DNA from: Tubulanus polymorphus
Taxonomy: Eukaryota; Animalia; Nemertea
DNA: 64,000 nt
Assembly (NCBI RefSeq): GCF_964204645.1
Contig: NC_134025.1
Span: 19,381,101 to 19,445,100, forward strand
Direction of reading: 5' to 3'
The translations under genes were made by a program, and so were the position numbers. Every line of letters starts with the position of its first letter. Within the stretch, counting starts at the first letter, position 1. The notes under the pieces are model-generated. The model did no database searches. It had not been told where the DNA came from and saw nothing but the letters and a program-made list of their open reading frames with translations. Positions 25,247 to 37,628 of the stretch are shown here, in pieces.

Positions 25247-25381
25247 TTTGTCCACGATTTAGATGATGAAAATAATCCATTCCTCGCCGGCGAAAAGTTG
25301 GACATTGCCGCCAAAAAGTCACCACCGAATTTGCCGTTTGACAAATGGGAACACCTGGACAGAATGCAGGCTGATGATTAA
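25247..25381 (+). CDS. SCG5: 7B2 last exon, second CT-like peptide
   Basis: FVHDLDDENNPFLAGEKLDIAAKKSPPNLPFDKWEHLDRMQADD*. Confidence 0.88.
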   Translation, partial: FVHDLDDENNPFLAGEKLDIAAKKSPPNLPFDKWEHLDRMQADD

Positions 25382-25524
25382 TCTATTCTTATGGAGATCC
25401 TGCCCAGGACACTTTCTTTGCCTATCACCCAACCAACGATCTACCGTTATGTATCATTTGTCGATTGAATATGGAGCTTCCTCTAAATAATTGACCCGAT
25501 CTTATTCCTCATTTAACCTACCCC

Positions 25525-25781
25525 CAGGCGCGGATCCAGGATTTTTTCTAGGAGGGGTTCATAAAGAATGTTAATGTTAAACCGCCGACTAAAATCTCTG
25601 ATAGGGGGCCTATACGGCATATTGTTTGGCCAAACATAAAATGATATGGTACCGATTATGTGGTATTGTTCGCCCGCTTTGTCTTGAGTACTTTCCTTCG
25701 AGAGAACCATACAAAAAAAATTCTTTGGTAGCTGAGCAGGAGGGTCACGACCCCTGAAAACCTCCTCTGGATCCGCGCCTG
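25525..25781. mobile_element. hAT5-like MITE
   Basis: Perfect TIR caggcgcggatccag / ctggatccgcgcctg; TSD acccc/tcccc. Confidence 0.8.
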
Positions 25782-25916
25782 TCCCCGTTCTTTCCGACCC
25801 TACTATCTAACCCACCGAATTAATAAAAATGAACCTACGCATTCATTGTTTTCAATAATTTGTGTTTGAAGTTGTAGTAGAGAGGTATTAGGTTCGGCCT
25901 ATGGATGTATAATATA

Positions 25917-26025
25917 CAGGGCCGCACCTAGCATTCGAATTTTAAGGGGAAGAGAAACCCCAAAAAGGGCACGTTTCCGAAAGTTCTGGGGGCAACTGCC
26001 CTCCCCCCTGCTAAATGCGGCCCTG
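25917..26025. mobile_element. hAT5-like MITE (109 bp)
   Basis: TIR cagggccgcacctagca / tgctaaatgcggccctg; TSD atata. Confidence 0.8.
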
Positions 26026-26132
26026 ATATATCTCATGTCCGTTAAAGCATCTCAGTTATATATACGTCCTAAGTAGAGCCCGCTTAAGTCGGATTCTAAA
26101 CCGAATTTCCGCATATGTACATACGGTGGAAC

Positions 26133-26415
26133 CAGGGGCGGATCCAGAGGTGGGTTCGGGGGCCCCTCCCTTTTTCTGACCTAATGCCCTTTTGAAAATC
26201 ACAAGCGAAAAAATCCACCCGACATTGATCTACGTATGACGAAAGTCCACAGTCCACATACAAATGTGCCTAGTCTTTCAAAAATGTCTGGGGGAACCCC
26301 ATACCCCTGCATGAGCATCGCGCCACCGGGGCTCGCCGGGACGTCCTCCACGAGTAATAAAGCGCCCTGTCATATGAGGTTAACCCCCATTTCGCTCAGC
26401 CTGGATCTGCCCCTG
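26133..26415. mobile_element. hAT5-like MITE nested in the left TIR of a Tc1-like MITE (26124-26509)
   Basis: TIR caggggcggatccag / ctggatctgcccctg; TSD ggaac. Confidence 0.82.
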
Positions 26416-26979
26416 GGAACCTCGTTATAACGAACTTCACGAGACAAGAAAATATTTGTTAAATCCGATGAATCGTTGTATTCGAGTTCGTTATGTCGCG
26501 GTTGCACTGTAATATGATTGGACAATTTTCCATACAAGCGATTATAGACTTTTTGCCTAATTTGGAATTTTACTTATGTTGGTCAAAAATCTCTCGGTTC
26601 CAAAAACGTCCGATTTAAACTGGGTTTAACTATACGATGAAATATCATCCACCGACCGTAAAATTATTTGACAAGCATTGGTTAGAAATCCATAAGCACA
26701 TTCATTGTACTTTATTGTAATATTACATCATACCGCCGATATAGTGATTATATTCTGACGTATATCATTCAATGCGATGTCTATTTTCTAATAAACTTCG
26801 CGTTGAATGAATTGTATGCGTTGGTATATTTCATAATATACCGGTTAATATTTATTGTTGACGAGAAATAAATATATCTATTTTACATGGTTCAAGATCT
26901 TGTCACTCTTAAGTTTGTGCGGCAGTTGTAAACATGTGTTTAAATATATCACCGAAGTTCCTTAACAGTTTTCTGTATC

Positions 26980-27477
26980 TCATTTACATAAATGAATTTC
27001 TTTCGTTAGACGACATCGTTGGCAGGTCACCTTACAACACCATTTCATTTTACAGTAACATTTCGTCTCGTACGAAACCAACTGAGTATTGTAACCGCGA
27101 TCACAACAAAGTACCGCGCAGTTTGACGTCTTGTTGCAATTCCGCCCCATAGTCCCCTCCGAGTATTCGCTATGCGAACAGAAATTCGGCGATTGATCCA
27201 GAAATACCAAATCGTCCTCAGTTGGTTTATTCGGATCATATTGATTTGAAGCAGCTGAGTTATCCATTTCATTGTCTGGTACTATATACATTTGTGCTTT
27301 TCTGCGCACTTTGTTTGTATTTGCGTTGCTCATTACTTTCCTGGCCTTATCGTATTTTCCCTTGAGTTCTTTCGCGACTAAATGAAGATCGGCTACTTGT
27401 CGCCAGCATGTTTTCATTGTGCACGACCCAGATGGCCCATGACATCTACAATTCTTTTTCATCATTCTGTTCACCAT
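26980..27477 (-). CDS. WNT9: Wnt9 exon 4 (last)
   Basis: CRCHGPSGSCTMKTCWRQ...SPNFC...CCDRGYNT...CYCKMKWCCKVTC; cag acceptor at 27478-27480. Confidence 0.93.
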   Translation of the reverse strand: MVNRMMKKNCRCHGPSGSCTMKTCWRQVADLHLVAKELKGKYDKARKVMSNANTNKVRRKAQMYIVPDNEMDNSAASNQYDPNKPTEDDLVFLDQSPNFCSHSEYSEGTMGRNCNKTSNCAVLCCDRGYNTQLVSYETKCYCKMKWCCKVTCQRCRLTKEIHLCK

Positions 27478-27841
27478 CTGAATAATATCAAATCATACAA
27501 ATAAATAATTGTAGATTGTATATACGATAAATCTTCAGCACGCAGATTATTTTCATCGGCGAATCGATTTAAGCCGGGTTTTGCATAATGCGCCAAAGGA
27601 TGCGATGCGAATTTCCAGTGTTCCGCACGCTCGAATCAACATCGCCGAATATTGGTCAGCTATTGCTAATTCGCCTAGTATATCACCTCCACCAAATAAA
27701 CTCGGCTAAAAAATACAAACCGAATCAGCGATTTGATCGGTGCATTTATTGGGCGAATATTATACTTGTATTTTCTTTCAAAACTCATTAAGCAATGACA
27801 GAAATAAGGAAGTATTATATTTACAATACTGATGCAGAATA

Positions 27842-28096
27842 CTATGGTGGCTGATTCGGGCCATACTAAAAAATTTTTCTGTACGGGAAGAGCAACAATA
27901 AAAAAATTTTCACAGTGGCCCTTTTTTTGGTTTTCTCGAGCGAGAATTCAAAAAGTTTGGTTTCCTCGCGCGAGAATTCAAAAAAATTGGTTTTCTCGCG
28001 CGAGAAAACCAAAAAACGGGCCAATGTGAAAATTTTTTATCGTTGCTTTAGCCGTACAGAAAAAAATGTTAGTATGGCCCGAATCAGTCGCCATAG
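27842..28096. mobile_element. MITE in Wnt9 intron 3
   Basis: 28-bp TIR ctatggtggctgattcgggccatactaa / ttagtatggcccgaatcagtcgccatag; internal ttctcgcgcgagaa palindromic repeats. Confidence 0.75.
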
Positions 28097-29078
28097 AAAA
28101 CGCATGCGTACATTTCGAAAGCATAATAGCTTCATTCTGGACCAGATTTCACGTTTTGCACCAAAACGGCTTTTATCAACCCTCAAGAAAGTGGGCGTTT
28201 GGAATGGCATATAATATCCAGGAAGAAAGCCACTAAATATTTGGATGGATATATGAAAGCTGTGGGTACTGGAGTGTGTAATGGGTAGTGTAGTGTGATC
28301 TGTGTGCATTTGTGGCCAGCACACAGATCACATTGTTCATTGGGGTTTAGTCCAGGACTCGCGAGATTTTCAACAACACGGTAACGTGTAATAAATGATG
28401 ACTTGAATTGCATGACTACCTACCACCCCTCATTATTGTTGGAAAAGTAAACGTTCCGCACTGACTAAAAATTAGTAATAATAATTAATAACATTTTAGA
28501 AATGGCCAGAATTTTAACTTAGGTTCTATCTCATTTTTATTTTACAATTGCGATTGGTATAATTTTTTTTCAAACGGCTGTTAAGGCTTCATGTTTCGTC
28601 TGCAATTCACTGCAAATAGTTACGCAACTACGCACATTTCAGTGATTTTGGCAGCTGTACACTCAATCGGCACCGTTCGTGACTAGCTTCACTGCGGAAT
28701 TATCATTAATTAACATCGCCATATCACATCATCAACTTATATTGTGCCTTAAAACCCTAACAGCCGAAATAATTGAAATGCACACACGATTTCTATCATT
28801 GAAAATTGAGAGTGGCCGTGTTTGTGTTCTGCTGCTTCGCGTAAATCCCGCGCGGTGGCGCCACCGAGCGGAGTGGGGCCGATACGTCTAGGATTGATGG
28901 TGGTTGTAGGGTCTGAATAATTGTTTAGATAAATCGTAATCGTTTCAAAGTTAACCACATTTTGAGCTCCTGCAATAAAGCATATTTTGGTATGTAGTAA
29001 TCGTAGATCTAAACAGTCCCCGCTTTCTACGAATGAAAAAATAGACACTAGTTAAATGCCTACATTAAGTTTTAGTAC

Positions 29079-29335
29079 CTTCATTCCTACGACGGTATTG
29101 TGCATGTTGACCTTTGCCCTAAAGTCTTTGGCAGGTTTTCTAGCTTTTCTCAATAAACGTTTAGTGAATCTCATACCAAATCGAATGTTATCGCCACAGC
29201 CTCCGTATTTCCAATGTTTTACGCTTCGTTTATCACACGTACATCTACTCAGAAGCCCTAAGCTGCACGCTCGAGCAAACGAGTGAACCAAACCAGCAGA
29301 CGATATGGCATACAGGAAAGCCGTCTCGCGTAAAC
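29079..29335 (-). CDS. WNT9: Wnt9 exon 3
   Basis: GLRETAFLYAISSAGLVHSFARACSLG..CTCD..WKYGGCGDN..DFRAKVNMHN; ETAFLYAISSAGL is characteristic of Wnt9. Confidence 0.93.
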
Positions 29336-29668
29336 CTGAAAAAAAGAATGCCAAGTAACTGCTAAATTCTCGAAAAAAGAGTTTTCATAGATAGCTTGAG
29401 ACGTATAAACATTTCGATGGATCATATACGTAGGGGGAAATACGTATATCTTGATTTTTAGCAGTGAATCGCACGATCAGAGTATGTCGGAATGATTGGC
29501 AAAGTACAGAGGATTCAAGGAAAAAATCAAATTCAAATTCAATTGGTTACAATTTCTAATCATTATATTTATGTTAAGGACTGAAAGCAGTCTAGTATGA
29601 TTTCGTTGAGAGTTGCGAAGAATTTAATGCAAACATATTTGATTACTCGCAGTTCAAATATATCATTA

Positions 29669-30769
29669 CAGGGACGTAGCCATGAATTTGATAAGTCAGA
29701 CAAGGGCCCAATTTTGGTTTGGGGGGACGCGGTAGCGGCGAGCGGTGGAGCCGGGAAGCGACAGACGGAGGGTCCCTCCCCAGAAAATATTTGAATTTCT
29801 AGGCCTCAGGCATGCTATTTCCAGCAATCTAGAGCTCAAAATGGAACCTCATTTACACAAATTTTGACTCTTGACTGGTGGTTTACATAATGGAGAATTG
29901 AAAAAAGACAATTGTGTTGTTTTCATCACTAAAACACTCATGAAAATTTATTCATTCAGAATAATGTACATCAAAAAAAAATTTCTAATGTTTTCACTTT
30001 CAGGTCAAAATATGAAACTAGTGGTTTATCGAAATCCTAGAGAAAAAGTTTAATTTTGAGAAATTGCACTGGGGCTGAATACTTTTTCATGTTTCTCTCA
30101 AAATATAGCCATGATTAACAAATTACTTTCATCGAAATTTAACACGCTATAACAAGAGATATGCAGGCCCGCTCGTAGCCACTCTTTTGGGTGGGTTTGA
30201 ATTAAGAGAGGGTGGAACTTATTTGAATGCATCCGTGGCCAATGCGAGCGCTTAAGGCGCGAAGCCCCTTCAGAAAGAAAATTTTGAAAATAGAAACGTT
30301 CTATAAATAAATTATTATTATTTCTGGCAAATTTTTTGATAACAGTCTATCATAGTTATATGAATGTGAGCAAATGCGAGAGAAGAGAGATGTGAAGTCA
30401 AGTCTAAGAAATTTTCTTTGACAAAAAATAGTGGGGCTCTAGATTTTGTTCGCACCAAACCGCGTCAAATACCCGCCCGCCAATCAATTTCTGGCAACGT
30501 TTTTGCATTTTTAGAGCCAGTCTACGCAAGATCCTACAAAAACTGTGTATACGGTATCGAGTCGAGCGATCCGGGTTTTTATGATATTTTGCCGACGTTT
30601 CCTGTAGCCGTTGACAACAGATCATGGCCATGTTCTTGACAGCTTGCACCATACCCCCCTCCCCCCCCCCTAGTTGAAAAATATAGTTTTGGGTTTTTTT
30701 TACGATAACGATATTTTCAAATATTGGCCCGACAAGGTCGGACCTGTTAGAGCCGTGGCTACGTCCCTG
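29669..30769. mobile_element. hAT5-like non-autonomous element in Wnt9 intron 2
   Basis: TIR cagggacgtagcca / tggctacgtccctg; TSD catta. Confidence 0.85.
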
Positions 30770-30789
30770 CATTACCGTTTGATCTGTAC

Positions 30790-31250
30790 GATTCAGATTC
30801 AGATTTGAATTTATTGCTCTACAAATTTTTCGAGCACAGGATACAAAAAATAAACAGTTTACTAGTTACAGTTACTCCAGATTTTATCAAGTTCGTATCA
30901 TTATGTACGCAAGTTAATGTTTACAGCGATGGCTACATGAGGCTATCTGCCTTCTTTATGGATGCATTGGGCTGCTGCTAGCTTCCGTAAGATGTTTGGG
31001 TCTTGTGATGTAAAAAGATTCATAAATTTTCTCTCAGAATTGGGAAAAAAAGTAGTTGTTGCGGTATCTAAACTTTCGAAAAAAGTACACTCCATTACAA
31101 AATGGTGTTCATCGCCAATTTTTCTGAGGATACATTTGGTACACAGTAGATCATTTTGGGGGATATTTCTACATATCCCCGTTTCAATCCGTAGTTTGTG
31201 GTTAAAACAACTGAACCGTATCAAATTTGTTCGTTGGTCAAAATGATAGT
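30790..31250 (-). mobile_element. LINE ORF2 3' fragment (C-terminal zinc knuckle)
   Basis: HKLRIETG..CTKC..GDEHHFVMEC motif followed by a short-repeat tail. Confidence 0.7.
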
Positions 31251-32360
31251 TCTAATAACGATACCGTACAGTGGAACCTTGTTACAGCGAATTTCACGGG
31301 ACCAGAAAATATGTTCGTTCCTAGTAGGCTAAATGGTAAATTTATGTGATATTTGATACGATACGATACATTTGACCAAAATGAGTGTTACTTTCTTTAG
31401 TCAGATGTCCCAAAACCATTTTGACATTTTTGCATTTCAAAAGGAAAACGTCCTCCATATAAACCGTATAGCGTGTTGCACGTTTCAATCACCAATTATT
31501 CCGATGTATATATTTTATATAAGACTTCGATTTGGTAGCGATCTATATGGTATATATCAACCAAGTAAATATTGGATATGAGTCTAGATCGAACATAAAT
31601 CGTCAGGGTAATTATTTAAGACGGATGATAGTTAATTTATTAGTCTGTCTGAAGCTGTCTCCGAATTAGTTGCATGTCAACAAATCAAGTACCCGGGCCA
31701 TAAAACAAGGGATTAGAAACGTCAAGACCGTGGCCATAAATCTCTCAATCGAGGATTAAAGACTCTGCCGAGAAATATTATTTGTCTACGCATCATTAAA
31801 AAACAAGAAATAAATACGTTTTATATGCTAATGATAATCTCATTTCAGGCGAGAATTTGTTACGCATTGCTTTTATTTCCTCTGTCTTATACTGTATAGA
31901 TAAGAACTCGGTAACAACTACACATTTCTTTCACAGTGCACCGTAAGGTAGAAATGAAAAATTGTAAAATGTTATACAAGAACCACGATTGATAATTAAT
32001 TAGATGTAAAACTAATTAATAAAACTAATAAAACTAATTAGAGTAAAACTAAGACGTCCGACTTACACGGCAATTTTAATTCATTTAACTATTTATCATG
32101 TTCCATAAAAACGTTGTAAAAACTCTTGAATATGTGTATATAAAAAAGCAGTAAAATATATCTGAACAATTGACCGGGCTAAATGAAGCCCCTCCCCCTG
32201 TGATTAAAAACCTTTTGACATTTGAATTGAAGGGTAAATTGAAAAAATGATTGCCATCAGCCTTTAGGTTTAGGCGCCTGGTTATAACCATCGGGATATT
32301 CTAACTCATTCAAGACGTGGGACTTATCATTCTACGGGTTTACGTGAAATTAATGCCTAC

Positions 32361-32602
32361 CATGTTCTAGCATTTTCAATCTGTATTTTCCAAGCGGACA
32401 ATTCCATCGGTTATCCTCGAACTGTTTGGCACACGATCTCGCTGAAGCTTTTGCCGCCGATAGAAGAACTTTGCTAATGTCCGGTTCCCGTTGACACATG
32501 CGTTTCTGTTTGCCAGTTAATCCTAAAGATCGAGTGCACAGCTTTTTCGGCGATATATTTGTTGTGTTCTGGACAAAAACGGTTGTCTTCTTAGCCGTTA
32601 AT
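32361..32602 (-). CDS. WNT9: Wnt9 exon 2
   Basis: KLCTRSLGLTGKQKRMCQREP...SCAKQFEDNRWNC; phases (2 then 1) fit exons 1 and 3. Confidence 0.9.
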
Positions 32603-33000
32603 CTGGATATGATAAAAGTCGAACGAAATTAGGGAGAAAGATATGTTGTTGAAAAAAGAAATGAGCGTTTACGGCAGGGAGGTCACATCCTATCGTCTGT
32701 AGAATTTTAATCTTATAAGCCGGTGACCGCAGAAGCAATCTATTGAAATAAAGACTGGCACGAAATAAAAGAAAAACGGTTTTTATGGCAGAATTGGTCA
32801 GTTCGTATAGCAATAAAATGAACATAAATTTCTAACATGAATGTTGACGTGAGGCAATTAAGTGCATCGCCTGTGTCTATTTTTACGAGACATTTGAGGA
32901 TAGGGTCAAATGACAGGTGGAAAAATGAATAGTTGATTCTACCATTGCTTCTCGTCTTATTCGTGTATAGCGTGAACTAGGCCTAAAGAGAAATGACAAT

Positions 33001-33219
33001 CCCTTCCCTCTCTCCCTCTCTCCCTCTCTCCCTCTCTCCCTCTCTCCCTCTCTCCCTCTCTCCCTCTCTCCCTCTCTCCCTCTCTCCCCCTCTCCCTCCC
33101 TCCCTCTCCCTCTCTCTCTCTCCCTCTCTCCCTCTCCCTCCCTCCCTCCCTCCCTCCCTCCCTCTCTCTCTCTCTCTCTCTCTCCCTCTCCCTCCCTCTC
33201 CCTCCCTCCCTCCCTCCCT

Positions 33220-33261
<42 letters not shown>
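33001..33261. repeat. CT-rich polypyrimidine microsatellite in Wnt9 intron 1
   Basis: (CT)n/(CCCT)n mosaic. Confidence 0.95.
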
Positions 33262-33265
<4 letters not shown>

Positions 33266-33554
33266 CTGATAGTTGCTTCAAACGAGAGAAAAAGTTTGAA
33301 GAAAAAAATGATTTTACAAAGAAATGCTATATATATTCAAAAATTCCATTATTCATTCACGTGTGTGTAATAGCTATAAAACTCCGAAAGGAATAGAATA
33401 GACATTTCAGTCTCTTTTTTAATATATTCTGAATTCGATAATAAATTTGGAAATAGATGTAACGATTCTTTTATGAATCCATAAAGATTTATAGCGATAC
33501 ATTGTCAATCTCAATGAGATTGATGTGGGTTAGCACTAACGAGTATTAACTCAC

Positions 33555-33643
33555 CCGAAATATCCAAGCACGCGATGATCGGCCACCATGACTATAAATA
33601 AGATAAAAAACAAACTTAAACTCCGCAATATCATCAGCCCCAT
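33555..33643 (-). CDS. WNT9: Wnt9 exon 1 (signal peptide)
   Basis: MGLMILRSLSLFFILFIVMVADHRVLGYFG; gg|gtgagt donor in phase 2; YFG|LT junction as in Wnt9 proteins; start codon uncertain. Confidence 0.8.
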
Positions 33644-36600
33644 GTTGACAAAACTTGAGCATTTTCCAAACCATTCTTTATGGGTTAGGTACTCCTTTTG
33701 TCGCGTGTATAAAGACACAGGCAGTGGAACATTAATCTGGACTGAGATGTCATTTTTCAACTCGGTTCCGTGAAATCTTAGCTTGGAATCATGCCAACCG
33801 GCAGAAATTCGAACGTCATATGCATTTTGCTGATCCCTTATTTTATGGGCTTTTTATGACAGCGGAGACATTGTGTTTGAAGACATTATAATCAGTTACC
33901 GGTGGATGGGCCGGGACAACTTATTATGCTCATTTGCTTTAATTTGGAAGTTTAGAAGGTGAGATTTAAAGTATGAATTCTCTAAATGGTTGAAAACGCC
34001 GACTAGGAATGAGGGGACTGGGTTTGAATTTTTCTCATGAATTTTACAATTAATGAATATATGTTTGTTATTTGCATTAAATTGTCCCTTTGTGAGAATT
34101 CGGTTATCCAACCTCACGTATGCCTGTGGAGGTGATTTATTCTTAAACGCAGAACTTTAGGGGACTGGATATATTTCAAATATTTTTGAGTCAGCATGCA
34201 AAATTACGAAGATATAAACATAACCCCTGAGTTAGGATAGAAAGGGATGATTGTATAGCACCTTGTAATTTTAGTAGAACTTATATCAAACGGACTCTCC
34301 AGATTCAGTAGTAACTTGTATTACCACCCTCTCCCGGGACTTTCCAATTTCTTAATTTTGTTTTATAATGTTTAGAAAAAAAAGATTTATTGTTGAATAT
34401 TTACATGTAAATATTCTAGAAGGAGGATTGCTAACTCTGTATAGTACGTTTACGGGTTTGAAGACTGAGCCATAAATGTACTTCGAATGGAACTGAGGAA
34501 CGAAAAAAATGTGACAGCCGTGTTTTTCTTATTCATACGCCTTTATTAATAACTTGGGAGAAAAGATTTTTCAGGAAATGAAATGGAAGTCTACTGAAGC
34601 GTCCTGGGACGTATATAATTAATTTCCTAATGTTTATTTAATTTGGCCCTAACTTGTGTTCACGCGGACTTTTCACATGAACGCCGATGACAGTACCACC
34701 ATCCCACCATCCCTAACGTTAGGTCAGAGGGGCTTGATACGTCTTTTTATGATCCAGAATCCTCGACCCAAGTACCCTAATTCACGCATATATGCCGCGT
34801 AGTATGTTATACATGCAGTGTTAGTAGGGCTAGGCCTACCAGCACAGTTCAACCAGCAAGCCCACACTATAGCGGAAAACCCCACAATCATTTTCAACAC
34901 TGAGAAAAAATTGTAGTCGTCGGAATATTCTAGAGGAGACATGTTATGAAATGAGGATTTTACACTATAGTTTCAATGTCAAAATGTATATCTTATAATT
35001 CAGTAAAACATATCCAAGCAGTATGAGATGGTTTGAATATAAATACTAATCACATGTCAGTTTAATGCTTATGTCAATTTAGTCACCCATTACAGATATC
35101 TTATGAACATTTTTGAGAACTGCCGGAACTACAGCTCTTGCACTACTGATATATACGCTGATGTTAACATACCCCTAAAATGCATAACATAAACTGCACC
35201 CCAAAACCCCTCTAGACTCAACTCGCTGCATGATACTAATCCTCTTGGCCATAGTTTCTGCGGTTGAAAAAGCTGCCATTACCAGTTTACCAGTGTCACG
35301 TGCAAAAAATATTCGAAAATTGATGAGAAAAATATTCAAAAATATGATTTTTCTTATTAAAATATTGGATGATTTTAAATGTACGATTTTTTAATTCAAG
35401 AATAGGATTTTTTAATTCAAAACTAGGATTTTTTTAATTCAGAAATTTGACTTTTTTATTCAAAAAAGGACTTAATTTCAAAAATGCATATTTTTCAAAA
35501 ATATAATTTTTTCTATTCAAAAATCTTTTATTCAAAAATAGGATTTCTTTTTTTCAGATTTATAGGATTTTTTCAAAAAGAGTATATCATTTCAAAAATA
35601 GGACGTTTTTCAAAAATGGGATTTTTTTTCAAAAATTTTTCAATGTACCCATGACGCTTCCGAACGTCCCAGACCTTCAAGCCACCCATATTTGCTGTGC
35701 TATTGAAGTTTGCCTGGAAATGTCACTATGTATCATCTACACTTTCCATTCGTTTTTAGAAGGTAGTCACAATTTATCTCTGGATGCGCCCCTGCGCACC
35801 CTTTGAATATCCTGGATCCACCCCAACCCCCCCCCCCATGAGAACACAAAGAACCTTTAAAAATGTGGAAGATAAACATCGTGGGACCGTGTTCTGATGT
35901 TGTGTTCACATTGGTCATTCATGGATTGTCTGTGTGTTCCAATCCATAGACTTTTGGTCAACAGTTCTTTACCCAGCTTTGAAGGGGTGGTGACAGGATC
36001 GCTGATAGGACTGGGTTCACCCATCTCTCGAGGAGTACCGTTCAGAAAAAAGGCACATAGACCAGGATCTTTTTGATAATTCATAACAATTTGACATTTT
36101 CCAGTGAAATAGAATCAATTAGGCAAAAATACCAACGCGATTTTCATTTTCTCCAAATTCTCTTTGAACTGGGCCAAAATGACTTAATACAGCAACACTT
36201 TAATGAAATTAGCACAAACGGATTTTCCAAATTTCTGCATGTTCCTCCGATTCATCGGGATGTTTAACAACAGGCGACACACTAGCTTAGTTTATATAGA
36301 AAATTCATATACATGTAAATGGGCTGTACCGAAAAATATTGATACTTCAGTGTTAACTTCAATGTCCTGTACGGTGCCTGAATCACAGGAAAAATAATGG
36401 TCCTATACAAAATCATATTCACCCATTAAAATTGGAACGCACTGTAGCTCGAAAAAGAAAATACATGGCCCAAAAAGGAATTCCATCGTATTAATTACTC
36501 AAGCTGCAAGTGCTGTTGTTATGTCGGGTCGACGTATCTCCTACATATTACTACTTCAACAAACTAATCCTTTTTCAACTTCAAATATGTTGAATTCTGT

Positions 36601-37490
36601 ATCAAAGTCAAAAAGTTGCTGCCGAAATGTTTTCCTGTTCATTTTATTTGTGATTTCTTTCTTTTTGCGGTATACATTTGCATACAATTATTAATAAAAT
36701 TCCTCTCACGAATGCCGAGTGATCTTATGTATCTACCCCTGCTATGCAGTATTGTAACTCCTATTTTTCTTTTGTGGTACCAACCATACTAGGCTACAGT
36801 ACTTGTATATCATAACTCCGGGAAGGTTTCTTATATACAATCAAACGAAACAGTCAAACACATACAATATTGCAATATAGAAACTTTTATTTTTTAAATA
36901 CATACACGTAGTGACTTATCAAAATGTTAATTGTATTACATTGTACATATATAAGCCAATGCAACAATTATATGATCTGCAATTCATCAAACAGAAGGTT
37001 CTCATTGTCCAGCAAGTTGGCATTGACCAGAATTTGACTACATTACAATTCCGATCAATCGATATTTTCTCATTCAGCTAAAACCACTAGAAATATGGCA
37101 AATTCATTAAACAAAAACTAATGTAAATTACAGACTTCATGACCAAAAATTTTCCAAGCTGAATAATAATCCACATATAAAATTCTTTTGAAAATGGATT
37201 TTAGAATTTACCGATCGATGTTCAGAGATACTATGCCTTCTTGGGAAGTGGTTATGCTTGACATTTGATTATCTGATATTTCAATATCACACGCCACCGG
37301 TGAACATACACAATATGCATAGGCTCATCATACATATATAAATTGAAATACCTGGTACAGTAGGGGCTGCAAATATACAACTAAGGCATATCCTCTTCCT
37401 TTTCCTAACTAACTTACATAGTACCTGTTACCAAAAATATCAGTCAAAAGCTGCGCAGCTATCAACCTGCTGTCTCTACACAACCCTCAG

Positions 37491-37628
37491 GGCCGGTTTC
37501 TCAGTTGAGACTTAAGTCCAAAATTGGCCCTTAAATTTTAAGACTGGTCTTAAGTTGTTAGATTGGCTATAGAACTAAGAAGGTCTTGAATTGGTCTTAA
37601 GTCTAAGCCATGACTATGGAACTGGGCC
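37491..37628. mobile_element. PIF/Harbinger-like MITE
   Basis: ggccggtttc..gaactgggcc ends, 3-bp TSD cag, internal gacttaag repeats. Confidence 0.6.

Noticed and set aside
32983-33370. RE/RG-rich and PSL-rich ORFs
   Set aside because: Produced by the CT microsatellite in Wnt9 intron 1.
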